Of a stretch of DNA of 55,139 nt, positions 24,128 to 35,388 are shown piece after piece (within the stretch, counting starts at the first letter, position 1; every line of letters begins with the position of its first letter). This stretch comes from Perkinsus olseni (Eukaryota), in the NCBI GenBank assembly GCA_013115125.1, contig JABANN010000187.1:1-55139 (forward strand). The letters run 5' to 3'. The position numbers and the translations under genes were made by a program. The notes under the pieces are model-generated. The model did not search any database. It was not told where the DNA came from and was given only the letters and a program-made list of their open reading frames with translations.

Positions 24128-26988
24128 ATGCCTCGACGTCCTCTACTGCTGCTAGAAGACACCGTAGTGGACCAGACGATATCAGGGACTTGGAGCATGT
24201 AGGTCTCCTCGCCCGCACAGGTTCTATCCCGGCATGTTGCTATTCTATTGTTAGTGCTGATGATGGTACTCTATGTCATAAACAAACGGGCATTTCAATA
24301 GGCCAGAAAGGGCTCAAAGACGGCCACAGAGAATTCAGTATCGACCCTGAGGATATCGAGGTGAGTCCAGTCGGGTCGTCTCGGTTCCCTAGGGACTCAA
24401 TAATTACGGGGTCGCGGCATCAACATTTTCAAGGCGGCATAGGGAAGAGTAGCTTCTCAAGCTTCGTGAATGATACGCTTTGGTGAGCAAAGTCGCCGAG
24501 AGTCGATGCGCCTGCTCGCTGCAAGATCTCGTTGAAGGATCCCCTCTCAGAGGGGCCCTCTGTCATTCGGTAGTTCGCCGTATCCATGTGGAGCCCGTGA
24601 ACCTGCTCACTAGTGCGAATTCTCCCATATTCCTCTCAACTCGTTGCAAACTTCGGCTCTGTTTCCTGAGGGCGGGTGTTTCTCGACGATTAATTGTCTT
24701 CTCGAGTTTGGCGAGCATCGTGATGATTTCCGTATCGCTCGACACTATCAAGTTGAGAGCACTGCACTATCCGCCAGCGCCAACATTCGCCTGTCGAGCT
24801 TGAAGTGGTGGTAGTTTTTTCCATTGCGCATACGTAGTCCCGCAAATTTGCTCTCATGGATTTCTCCACAGGTTGACGACGATGATTGTATACTCGGTCG
24901 GGGAGCGTGTGGTATCGTCACGAAGGCTGTCCACAAACAATCAGGTGCGTGTCGCTTCGCTGCACTATCCGGGAATCTCATTTTTTGCTTCAACCTAGGG
25001 TGACCTACTCTTGTGAAATTATTGAGGGCAGGGTGTCGTCAACAGTCTCGTTCCTCCTAGGAACGTGGTTGGCGATAAAAGCCGTGCGGGTTGAGGACAA
25101 GGACAAGCGAGCACAGTTGATGACGGATATCCAGGTGAGTGGGAAAAATCTTCCCTGTGCGCAAAGATACTCCTCATCTCAGGCTCTAATATTGGCGCAA
25201 AAGTGCGAATTCCTAGTACAGTTATATGCCGCGTACGTGCATAAAGCCAGTGGATGCGTAAGCGTCCTCTTCGGTGGTCATCTCGCTCGGCGGACGGAGG
25301 GCTGTCCAGGTCCACGTAGCGTTGGAGCTGATGGATCGGGGGTCGCTCGAGGACTTCACTAGGAAGATTCCCGGTAAGGTATGGCCGGAGAGAATGCTGG
25401 CTATTGCGATGTGGCAGACTGTGGAAGGAATAAGGTAATCGATCAGCTGGGCGCGCCCGGTTATAGTGAGGATTCTGAGGATTACATTGTTAGGCACTTG
25501 CATTGCCATCATGCTCTTCATAGAGACATCAAACCTGGGAACATCCTGATCAACAGCGGAGGGCAGGTGAGGTGGGGGGGCGGCGGGTATGGGGCGCTAC
25601 ACCCGAAGACTCGGGTTCAATTCCGCCTGGTGGAACAGTTTTTTGGAGAATTTTCATCGGGGTCGAGCTGATGATATTCTCGAAGTTGTAGAGTGGAGAT
25701 TCTCTCTGGACCGTGCAACCTCTCTGTCTATGGCCAGAGTTAACCTTGGATCCTTCTCTAACGGACTTGCTGCCCATCGTCACCAGAGTTCATCTTCATC
25801 CATGGGATATCGTCCGAGTGACTACTCGACGTGTCATTGTCGTATGATACTCTCGTGCTTTTGAATTCGACGCGGGTGTGTCGGTCGAAGTTTGATGAAT
25901 CGATCTGGTGTAGTAGTGGAAGCGTGAAGAGGCGGAGGTCTGGGAGGCACGGAACGGACGCATTTCCAAGGAAAATTCACTCAGTTGTTGTTTGACGTCG
26001 TCATCAGGTTAAGTTGACGGACTTCGGGATTGCGAAAAACCTCAACACCACAGTGGGGCTGTGCAGCACCTTCGTTGGTACTACGAGAGAGAGTATCTTT
26101 CGTTACTGTGTTAGTGATGGATGCTGAGCCAGGCACGGCGACGTATATGTCACCAGAGAGGGCTATTGGTCAGGACTACACCTACCCAGCTGATATTTGG
26201 TAAGTTGAGAGCCGTTGTTGCTGTTGGGGGGTTTCTAGTTCGATCCCAACTCGTTTCCGAGGCCCAACGCTGTGGTAGTGCGCTTCTGTGGACTTTATGG
26301 GGGGGGGGGAGAATGGAAGATCCGGTGTGTGAATGGCAATAGAGTATGCGCGATAAGGCGATCGGCGATATCGACGAGGACGAGACGGTGGGAGCTTTCG
26401 TTAAGGGTTCAATGCTGGCATTTATCGCTGGATGCTTGATGATGGGGAGGATGGAGAGAGCGTGCTGAGCTGTGATGAATATACGACCGTTCACTGGTTT
26501 AAAGAGAGGGCTCTCGAAGACTACTTACTGCCCACAGTTGTTATCATCTTTCTTTGTTTTCTGGTCTATCGGGCCGGAGTGGTTCTACTCAGGTCTGTGG
26601 GGATGGTCGCCTACGAGTTGGCCACCGGTCACTATCCCTTCAGTTCGATCACCTCCTTCCCGGCCCTCTTCGACTGGCTCTGCAATAAAGACCCTCCTCG
26701 CCTTGACTCCACCAAGTACCGTCACTGCGCCGCGAAATTATGGCTATCTCACGCTCAGATTCTCACCGGAGTTGTGCGACTTCGTAGAGAAGACGTTAAT
26801 AAAGGACCCCACAGCCCGGGCCAGTGCCGGTGATCTCCTCAATGCTCCTTGGCTGAAGCACATTGCAACCGTAGGAGCGTTTGAAGACTCCCGGTTTTTA
26901 ACTTCTCATGGCTCAGGGCGATCACGAAGCAGCTCGGAAAGAGCTGGCCGAGTGGATGTCGTTAGTATCGTCATCAGGGAAGAACTAA
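24128..26988 (+). CDS. MAP kinase kinase (STE7/MEK family), ~12 exons
   Basis: Spliced reading: MPRRPLLLLED (D-domain-like) / ILGRGACGIVTKA / LAIKAV / VALELMDRGSLED / LHRDIKPGNILINSGGQ / VKLTDFGIAKNLNTTVGLCSTFV / GTATYMSPER...DIW / SVGMVAYELATGHYPF / FSPELCDFVEKTLIKDPTARASAGDLLNAPW. Has an S/T-x5-S/T activation loop; introns checked are GT-AG. Confidence 0.92.
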
Positions 26989-27880
26989 CGACGGCTCCGT
27001 CGTTGCTGATTCGGTCATTGTTTTCTTGTTTTTTTGTATCCATAATAGACCCTTCGTCCTTGTGTTGCCTCCTCGTGCTTTCTTGTTGTGGTTGGAGGTT
27101 CTCGGCAGTGGTGGCCGCCGGAGACCCTCCTGTATTCTGTTGATTTTCATAAATTGTAATTTTGCTTGTCATTCTCAACAGCTACGGTATTGTGTTTCCG
27201 ATGGGCTTGCTGAGAGCATCTACCGATGATTGGGCGAAAAGCGTGACAGTGGTAGTTCCTCAATCTTGGTGCCAGGGGTTTTTCCTCTGCCGACTGCGCT
27301 GCAAGACACTCTTTCGGCACTGAAGGGAAGGGCTAGTCCAGACCTGTTGGCCAGGCCGCCGTTGTCCTCCTCCGAAAGTTGCTGTACATCCCTATTGAGA
27401 TTGCGTTTGGAGTGGTATGCGTCAACTGCCTGTGAACTTGCACTTGGGGATGCGTTATTGCGAACAACGCATTTAAGAAGACCAGTGGAGCAAGCCCATT
27501 CGATAACGAATACACCCTCACCGTTTTTAGAAGATGTTTTCGCGTGCACAAGTTGCCTCTCGAAGACCTCGGTTAAAAAAATATGAGAGCGTCGTGAGGT
27601 GAAACCCGACTACTCGAACCCGCAGTCAGGGTACTAGCTTGCTAGCGTGGGACGCACAGTCGGGACACTAAGTGCCCCGCTGTGCGCGCAATGTAACACG
27701 GAATCTCTCCGCGCAGGTTTTAACCTAGATAAACTACTCGTTTATCCGCTGAATTAACATGTAGCACTGTAGTGAGGCGGCGCTTGCCTTCAGTTAAGGA
27801 AGAGTCAGTGTAAGACTCTCTGTAGTTGAACGTCGCAGCGAGAGTCGACCGACTTTCACGATGGCGACGCTGTTGTTGCG

Positions 27881-28276
27881 TTGGTACGTGATGACGACAG
27901 TCCTGTATCGACGAGAGGCACACCAATTTCGTTGTTGATGACATCTCTACCGCTCACTTCACGGAGTGCTTCGAGATCCTCAACCCCTGCAGCAGGTGGG
28001 GACCTAGACGACGATGGCCAGGCCAGCGTGGCTGAGAGCGAGGAAGAGCGGATTTGCATTGCACAGAGGAACGCCATCCTCAATCAAACGGTTGAGGTTT
28101 CTGTTGCTTCTCCCTTGCCACCGGAGGGTCGGAGACGAAGCTCCTCACGCTCGGTGACGTTCGAGGGCCCTGACGGCGGCGAGTCTATCAAGCATGGTTC
28201 GAGAAGCTCTATGACTGATGTTGAGGCCTCCCATCGAGGAGAAGACGACGACGTCGAGAACAGCACGGACCCTTGA
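27881..28276 (+). CDS. Possible small acidic, disordered hypothetical protein or exon
   Basis: 131-codon open frame with protein-like S/E/D/R composition, co-oriented with its neighbours. No domain or clear start. Confidence 0.3.
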   Translation: MVRDDDSPVSTRGTPISLLMTSLPLTSRSASRSSTPAAGGDLDDDGQASVAESEEERICIAQRNAILNQTVEVSVASPLPPEGRRRSSSRSVTFEGPDGGESIKHGSRSSMTDVEASHRGEDDDVENSTDP

Positions 28277-28457
28277 TGCCTCGGACCAGCTGAGATGAGT
28301 CCGTTTGGTACTTGCCAATGACCGCCTTGGACCGTTGGCTGCCCTTCCTTGTACGTAATTATTCAAGGCAGCTTTCCTATGCTCCGTTAGTATTCGGAGA
28401 CACTATTGTCGCTCTTGTAACATGGGATTGTTTTGATACAGTGAGGTTGAGTTAAAG

Positions 28458-28490
28458 TGGAGGTCGTGGGAATCGAACCGGGGACCTTCG
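28458..28490 (-). other. tRNA 3'-end-like fragment (T-loop plus CCA), no 5' half
   Basis: Minus strand CGAAGGTCCCCGGTTCGATTCCCACGACCTCCA; upstream sequence cannot supply an acceptor or D arm. Confidence 0.45.
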
Positions 28491-28664
28491 CCAGAGGGAA
28501 AGCGTCACGCGCCACGAAATTATTTTAGGTGCCTTTGCACCTAAGCTCGGCCTTTTCCTTCCAACCCTTGAAAGAGAAGGGACCCAATTTTCCACCGCCG
28601 TTTTCTTCGAACGCCTAAAATTTGTAAGTTGTCTCTTTTTTTCTAGTTTATCCCATATTTCGGT

Positions 28665-31600
28665 ATGCCCCGAGCGGAGACCGACTTCGGAGAGGCCTCA
28701 GCCTTCGCCCTCTGGAATCTGATCATTCGACCTCCCAGACGAGAGTACGATGAGAGCTGTCTTGGACCCAAGAAGTTCAAGTTGCATGGTAGTGCTACTG
28801 GAGGGTTAGGGTGAGGGTTGGCTACGGACGATTACCCCGGGGAGAAAAGGCCCGCAGTACTTTCTTGAATTGTTCTTTCTCTTGGCAAACTGGTCGCGGC
28901 CTGGCCTAGGACCGGCCGTTGACGTCATGCGTGGCGATCGTGCTGTGCTTGCATAAAGCGTTGTCATAGTACTTAAGGAAGGGTCAGGGTATGAAGGCCT
29001 TTTCTCGCTCCCACCGCAGCCTTTGCAGGGGTTGGCCGTGAGGGAGTGGCGGTTCCTGTATAAGCCTTTAGTAGGTATCACTTGCCAACGGGAAGACTTC
29101 ACTGTGACGTCCCTGAGGGGCCATGGTCTGAGATGCTCTCTGTTCGTACCGAGAGGGCTGAGGGATGATAATATATCCTACCCTTGTGTGGTCTACATGC
29201 ATGGCAATGCCGGCTGCCGGTTGGAGGCCTTGCCATTGGTAAGTATCCTTACCGGGGATCGAACCGGGGTCTTTAGAGGGACGTCAGGTGGTTATAATAA
29301 TGGGTATTGGTTACACGGAGCATACGTCGCTATACCACACCATCGTCAACTCGTAATCTCTTAGGTACCAATTCTGTTGCCCCTGGGGATCTCCCTGTGC
29401 TGTTTTGACTTTGCTGGCTGTGGCCTTTCTGATGGCGAATACGTTACCCTTGGCCACTTCGAGAGTGAGGATCTCCATGCAGTGGTGGAGCACCTGAGGA
29501 GACTCCCTAGTGTTGGGGTTGTGGCGCTGTGGGGACGGTAATGGCAAAGGGGTCGTACACCAGGGAGTTTAATCTCGATGATCGAGGCTACGGAGTGAAG
29601 AGGGTTGTGGTTCATTTTATTGGTCGGTGAAAGTATCGCTAGCTGTTGACTACCACTCATTCAGTGGAAACCAGTGACTTGTGACTACCACTGTGACCAC
29701 CAGTGACTACCACTCGTTTAGCAACAGCAAAGGCCAGTGGCTTGGTCTCAGTCCCTTGTCAGGTCGATGGGCGCTGTAACAGCATTGTTGTACGCTTCTC
29801 GTCATCACGATATCGCTGGTATGGTGGTGGACTCGCCGTTCGCTAACCTCGCGGAATTGGTACAGGAGTTGGCTGTATCGGAGTATGTCGGCTTGCGGGT
29901 AGTAGAAGTTGTGGAAAGTGTGGTATAGGGTTGTGCTGGGCTCTAAATGTGTGTCGTCTCTTTCAAACTATCATGATAGGACCCTCCTTCCAAGGAAGGC
30001 ACTCTGTGTGAGGGTGCTAGGGGGGTAGCCCATACAAAGCTGTGATGATCTCCTTCCCGCTAGGGAGCTCGGATTCGGTTCGATAGAACGTAGCAAGGGT
30101 TCGGTTTTCTCAAAGTGTCCTTGGTACCCAGAATCGACCAGATTCCGGAAGCTTCGAACTCTCCAAGGATTTTAAGGAAATTAATCTGGACTCTAGTACC
30201 GGTTGTCAGCGCTTGAGTCGTGAAATCGCTGGGCTCCGGGCCACGGAAAGGGGGTCCTCTCAGATACCGTCGTGGTTGGTTAATGGTATCCTATCGATAG
30301 TATGCATGATGGTTAAGCAGAAGGCTGACTTTGATGTACATCAGGTGTCGCCGATCGACTGTGTGGGCCAGGTAAAAATGAGGAATTTCGTGGCGCAGTG
30401 AAGGTACTTGGTTAGGCGTACCTTCCTTGTATCTTCCTGTGTGCGACCTCGGATACGTTTGTGCCACCCCATCATTCTGAGCGCTTGTATGGGGCTTATG
30501 GCGGTGATGATAAAGTTATGATACAGTTAGTGGGGGAACATAATACACCTAGGAGGCTGGAAGATATGAAACATGCTGTGACGTATCTTTGCACGTGAGT
30601 GAAAGATACAGAATAGGTCAAGGTGAGTACCATCGAGAGTAGGTGCTTCCTCACTGGCGTGTCATTTCGGGACTGCGCGGAAACTCTAGGATGGACGGAG
30701 GAGCTAGGCAGATCATCATCGACGTGGATGGTTTCGGAGCAGCCGTTGGACGTCCCCTTCACTAACGCTTGCGAAGCCTGCAAGGCCCTCTGCGAGTGAG
30801 TTACCTTCTCAACGGCAGCTCTATTCTGGGTTGCCTGACACTGACAATCACAGACTTGACCCAAGATGGCTACGGACTGACTTACACCAATCTAGTACTG
30901 ATCGCACAACAATCAGGGTTACCGTAGGGTGCACGCATGCACACTGGGATTGGGCGATAGCTAGCTGAGATATTTCCCTGACACTGCCACTGCCCGACGA
31001 AATAGAAGAATATTCAGTTCGAGTCGGTTACACTGACAAGGGTCGGAGGATGATATTGATGATTGTCGTATCAGATTTGGTGAAGGTTTGGTATCGCGGT
31101 GTCGGCTACTGCAGAGGGACGACTCTTCGTTACCGGCTGCGATATACGCGTCGTATCAGCTGCCTTATGAAAGAGAAGGAGGAGCAGGCTTATGTGTGGT
31201 AAAATGGTATACAATTCTCGCTTCGCTCCGCTCGTTTTCTGTCTGGTCCGCTGGTGGAAAGATACGCCACAATGAGTAATCTTGTGATAATCGCAATTAC
31301 GGTGAATTTGGTTTCGCATCTGCTTCGCTCCGCTAGAATTTCAGGCGCTGGCCAATGGACCGTCGGGAGGGCATAGGACATTATTTTGCCTGATTTTATC
31401 CCGACGGAGCGAAGCAGCTGGCGAGGAATTTCGGCGGTGTCTTTACCTGCTGGAAAACGATACTCGAGGGTCCGATGGTATGAGAGTTGTTGCCAAGGCG
31501 GAGTTGGACAGAGGGAAGGGTCTTGAGGAAGCTTCCACCGAGGTGGCCGGGGGCGATGATGGTTCGATGATCAGATGGGTATCTTAGGTTGAAGCTAGGT

Positions 31601-32206
31601 CTTGCCAGAATTCCCCCGTCTTGCTGTGTTTGACTTGGACGTCGCGGCGTCCGGGGCGAGGCTGTTTGCTGACGGTTTTAGTGGATGGTGCGGTACTGCT
31701 GTCGTGTGATCGGGAAGATGATGAGATCGGAGAGAAGGCCTCATGCTGGTCCCTTGTGGTGAGTCTTGCGCGTGCGTGCAGAATGAGTATCTTTAGAGTA
31801 TCTTTAGGTTGATGAGTGCATTGACGAGTTACGCCGATGCTGCGTCTGTTTGGACATGACCTTCAGCCCGCTTCCTGCGGCCGTGGAAACTGAGCGGGTC
31901 AGGCTGGGGCCTGCGGGTATTTCTCAGGCTGTTAAAAACAGTGGGACTTCCCCGATACTTCGATTGAGTGACGAAGGAGAAAGAACGCTGGTTGAGTCGC
32001 AGTCCCCTTCAAGTGGCTCCGATACATCTTCATGCGAGATTGCGGACGAAATGCCGGCGGAGCGAAGCAGGAAATTGATGGTCGAGACGCCATCGACGAG
32101 CGGTACGAGAAGTGGCGTGTCATGCGGAGACGATGATGATGATTTCCCTTATTTGGAGACCGCGGACATCAGGGTCGACAGCAATCAGTGTTGTACTGTC
32201 ATGTGA
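28665..32206 (+). CDS. Alpha/beta-hydrolase (YqkD/Hydrolase_4-like), multi-exon; C-terminal exons tentative
   Basis: LWNLIIRPPR / PCVVYMHGNAGCRLEA / CFDFAGCGLSDGEYVTLG...LWGR / SMGAVTALLY...VVDSPF / ATSDTFVPPHHSERLY...GEHNTPR: GxSxG serine plus Asp and His triad. Confidence 0.88.
30855..30876 (-). other. Relict spliced-leader (SL) sequence inside an intron
   Basis: Minus strand TCCGTAGCCATCTTGGGTCAAG: 1 mismatch to the perkinsid/dinoflagellate SL DCCGTAGCCATYTTGGCTCAAG. Lies in predicted intron 30796-31074; not followed by GT. Confidence 0.85.
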
Positions 32207-32393
32207 GGATGACGGTGATCTCATTATTAACATGAAGACGTTGTTTTCTATCCCATGGTCGATGAGTGTTTCCATGGTTGGTGCTCGCTTGTGTGGTGGG
32301 GCTGAGAGAGATTGATCTCAGAAAGTGGTTAAAATTGTCGCTGATTGAGTTGTAGTTTTCTTTGTTCCACTTGTTCTTGTTTTTCTCTTGGCA

Positions 32394-33389
32394 ATGAATA
32401 TTCTTGGCTACACTATTGGCGAGGTAGCGATCATCGTGGCCAACTTTACCTGCAATGTCGCATTGGTTAACTCAGTGAAGTTCATCCAATATACGTTACA
32501 TTACCCCTACCCTCTACTCATAAGTGCCATGCACATGATATTCTCATGGCTGGCCTGTGGTGTGTATGTCAAATTTAGTGTACCAGCATTGAGGGAGTAC
32601 ACCTTCAGTCGGTACATGAAGGAAGTATTCCCAGTGGCGGCTATGGCCAGTGCGAGTATTGGTTGTGGTAATATGGCATTGAAGTACATATTCCCATCCT
32701 TCCACGAGTTACTACAACAGACCAGCCCAGCAGCCCAAGTGTTGGTATGTGTATTGATCTATCATCAACACTACAACCTGCCAACCTACCTATCAATGAT
32801 ACCCATCTGTGGCGGCGCTATTATGTGCTCTGGTGGGGAGGTTAACTTCAACATCATCGGCGTTACATTCTCCATCGGTGCGGTACTCACCCGGGCACTC
32901 AAGAATACGATGCAATCAAGACTCATGACCACGTCCTTCACCAACATCGAGCTCCTCTACGTCCTGGCCCCGGCTAACCTATTCTTCTTCCTCACGGGCT
33001 CGTTCCTCGTCGAGGGTCTGTTCGAACCCACCCGACAGCTCATCTCCACGCCCAACGCGTTGGTGGCTGTGGTGTTCTCAGCTCTGTTGGCCTGCACTTA
33101 CAATTTACTGGCATTTAAGATGCTTCAAGTGCTGTCTCCTGTCGGTGCGATGGTTGTGCATACCCTGAAGACCCCGGCTACCTTGATAGTCTCGACTTTG
33201 TTGTTCGGCAACAAGATTGGTGTCTTGCAGGTCCTTGGATTTGTCGTTATCACTGCTGGCGTGTATTACTACAAAAACTACGGTAAAGAAGTAAAACCTG
33301 AGGAGTACCAGAAAATCGATGCCAGCAAGGGTGATCCGGAGGAGTTCGATCTCGAGATGGCACAGCGTTCAGAATCACCTCGGTCGTAG
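32394..33389 (+). CDS. TPT-family (triose-phosphate/nucleotide-sugar, SLC35E-like) transporter, copy 1, intronless
   Basis: Multiple TM segments; K..QYTLHYPYPLLISAMH, GNMALKYIFPSFHELL, GEVNFN..G, LSPVGAMVVHTLK motifs. Confidence 0.9.
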   Translation: MNILGYTIGEVAIIVANFTCNVALVNSVKFIQYTLHYPYPLLISAMHMIFSWLACGVYVKFSVPALREYTFSRYMKEVFPVAAMASASIGCGNMALKYIFPSFHELLQQTSPAAQVLVCVLIYHQHYNLPTYLSMIPICGGAIMCSGGEVNFNIIGVTFSIGAVLTRALKNTMQSRLMTTSFTNIELLYVLAPANLFFFLTGSFLVEGLFEPTRQLISTPNALVAVVFSALLACTYNLLAFKMLQVLSPVGAMVVHTLKTPATLIVSTLLFGNKIGVLQVLGFVVITAGVYYYKNYGKEVKPEEYQKIDASKGDPEEFDLEMAQRSESPRS

Positions 33390-33840
33390 GAAGCCCAATC
33401 GCCGAGCTGACAAATGTGACCGACTTGTTCTGTACATAGTCCGTCCCTTTCCGTCGATGGGTGGTCCGGTTCTCACCGCCCTAGTTCGACGATTGGGGCG
33501 AGTTATGGTAGGCGTGTTTGCAAGGCTTGCGTGCACGTATGAAGTTGAAGTCATTCCGCTTCTGCAGTTGTGGAGAAGTTCAGTACTACTACTACCAATA
33601 CCATTTCTACGGTGGAATGAAGCTGTTGAGTTGTGGTTGTGATGGGTGGTGTTTCGATAGGGCTGCTACCAATACCAACATTTTCGCAACTCATGGCGAT
33701 ATGGTGACGATCGAGATCGCCTCTGGTGAGTTTGTTTTCAAGAGGTGGAGGGGGTAAGAGCCTTGGGTCGATTCGGAAAACTCAATTGCCGAGTGAAAAT
33801 GAATCGCTGCTGGACGGCTCTGACGCGGCACAACTGGAGG

Positions 33841-35215
33841 TGTGCCGTGAAAATAGATCCCATAATAACGAAGGAAAACAGGAAAAAAAGGTGACCACTA
33901 TGCCAAGGGGCGCGGCAACAGCGAACTGTCATATTATGATAATATATTATTGTTTAACCACAATATGCAACGTGAAAAAAGTGAGGCCACTATGCCGCAT
34001 GGCAACAGCAGATGCTGAGAATCAGGGCTCAATCCTTCGACGATGGTTCGACCGCAGTTTCTAGCCGTCTATCATAGCGGCCTCGTTCTTGCACGTTACG
34101 TGAATTCTCTTCATTGTTACAGCGTGCTCAGCTCGGTAACGCTTTGCAACTCCTTCCCTATTACGTCGTCCTTAGCACCTCCCGTTAATTGGACCGTGGA
34201 TCGGTCATGGTTGAATGATGACGATGAGGACACAGGTTGAATAATAGCCAGTTATCACTGATGACTCGTCAGATGCCAACGGGAGCGTTTTACCGGAGGA
34301 AGTGACGAAAAGATGGTATAAGATCAAAAAACTGTATTCTGGGTGTATGGGCGAGTACTATGCTCTAGTGTATTAATTTGTGCTAATCTTGACTGTGATG
34401 TGTTGTTATTATTTATACGCATGAGAAAATGAAATCAACTAAACTCCATGCGAAGTCTTCACCTTCTCACCCGATTCAAAGTCACTTCGAAAAAGGTTGC
34501 AGGAATATGTTATCAGTGCTATCTGGGTAGCGTAGAGTCGGTCACTCCAGATTTGATCCACCCAAAATCTGTGATATTCTTGTGTACTTCTCCGAGTTAG
34601 GCTGTGCATTTGTCTCTCCGAGCTAGGCGACGTCATTTTAACTTATTACGATATTGTGGAGTATATCTGTGCATCAGATCAGTATCTCTTCCGATATCCC
34701 TGTTACTGGCTGAATAAGGGTTCTGCTGAGTCAAGAGGGAAATAACGACAGCGTATCCTTCAACAGCCCATGGTGATGATTTTAGTAGAAGTCTTAGGAA
34801 AATGCACAACTGTTCTGCACGGTTGTGAAGGGGATCCAGATGAGAATGCTGCATCCAATGGGCAAGAATTATAGTTAGGGGTGTGGCTGGGGATCACCAA
34901 TCCGCTTCGTCCTTGCTATTTGATCGTCCATCCCCTGGATACCCTCCTCGCGATGGGTCACTCAGATCAGACTTTGAAAACATGAGCCTTGAGAAAGGGT
35001 ATCTTGCAACGTGACTAGCCGTTACCGCATTGGCATTGTGCCACGGCGGCTGTCTTCTGATCGGAGTAGGTGGGTTAGTTCTAGACTGCGTGATAGCATG
35101 GCAGCAAGGATTCGCACGCTTTTCAAGATAGACTATGTCATATTGTAGTGGCATATCTTTTCGGTTCGTCATCGTCTCAAATCTTGCACCGTTAAGGATC
35201 TTCCGCGGCTCCCGT
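33841..35215. mobile_element. Probable non-autonomous or decayed DNA transposon between the two transporter genes (same family as 52570-53300)
   Basis: ~150-bp block (34570-34715) highly similar to 52750-52893; recurring GAGGCCRCTATG motif (33983; reverse at 34073 and 53233). Boundaries approximate. Confidence 0.45.
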
Positions 35216-35388
35216 GTATGACAATGAAAGTCACCTTGCGTATCACAGAGAGCGATAAAAATCAAGTATGGTGATAGTGGTCAGAAAAAAATAGAGACAG
35301 TCCTCACCGCTCCGCTGTGAGCATCTTTCAGTCTCTTGTACTGGTCGTGGTGGTGGTGCAGCGCGTCTTTTTAGTTTTTGTGTTGACG

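Noticed and set aside
28458-28530. Functional tRNA gene
   Set aside because: The T-stem pairs poorly and no acceptor or D arm partner exists; kept only as a fragment.
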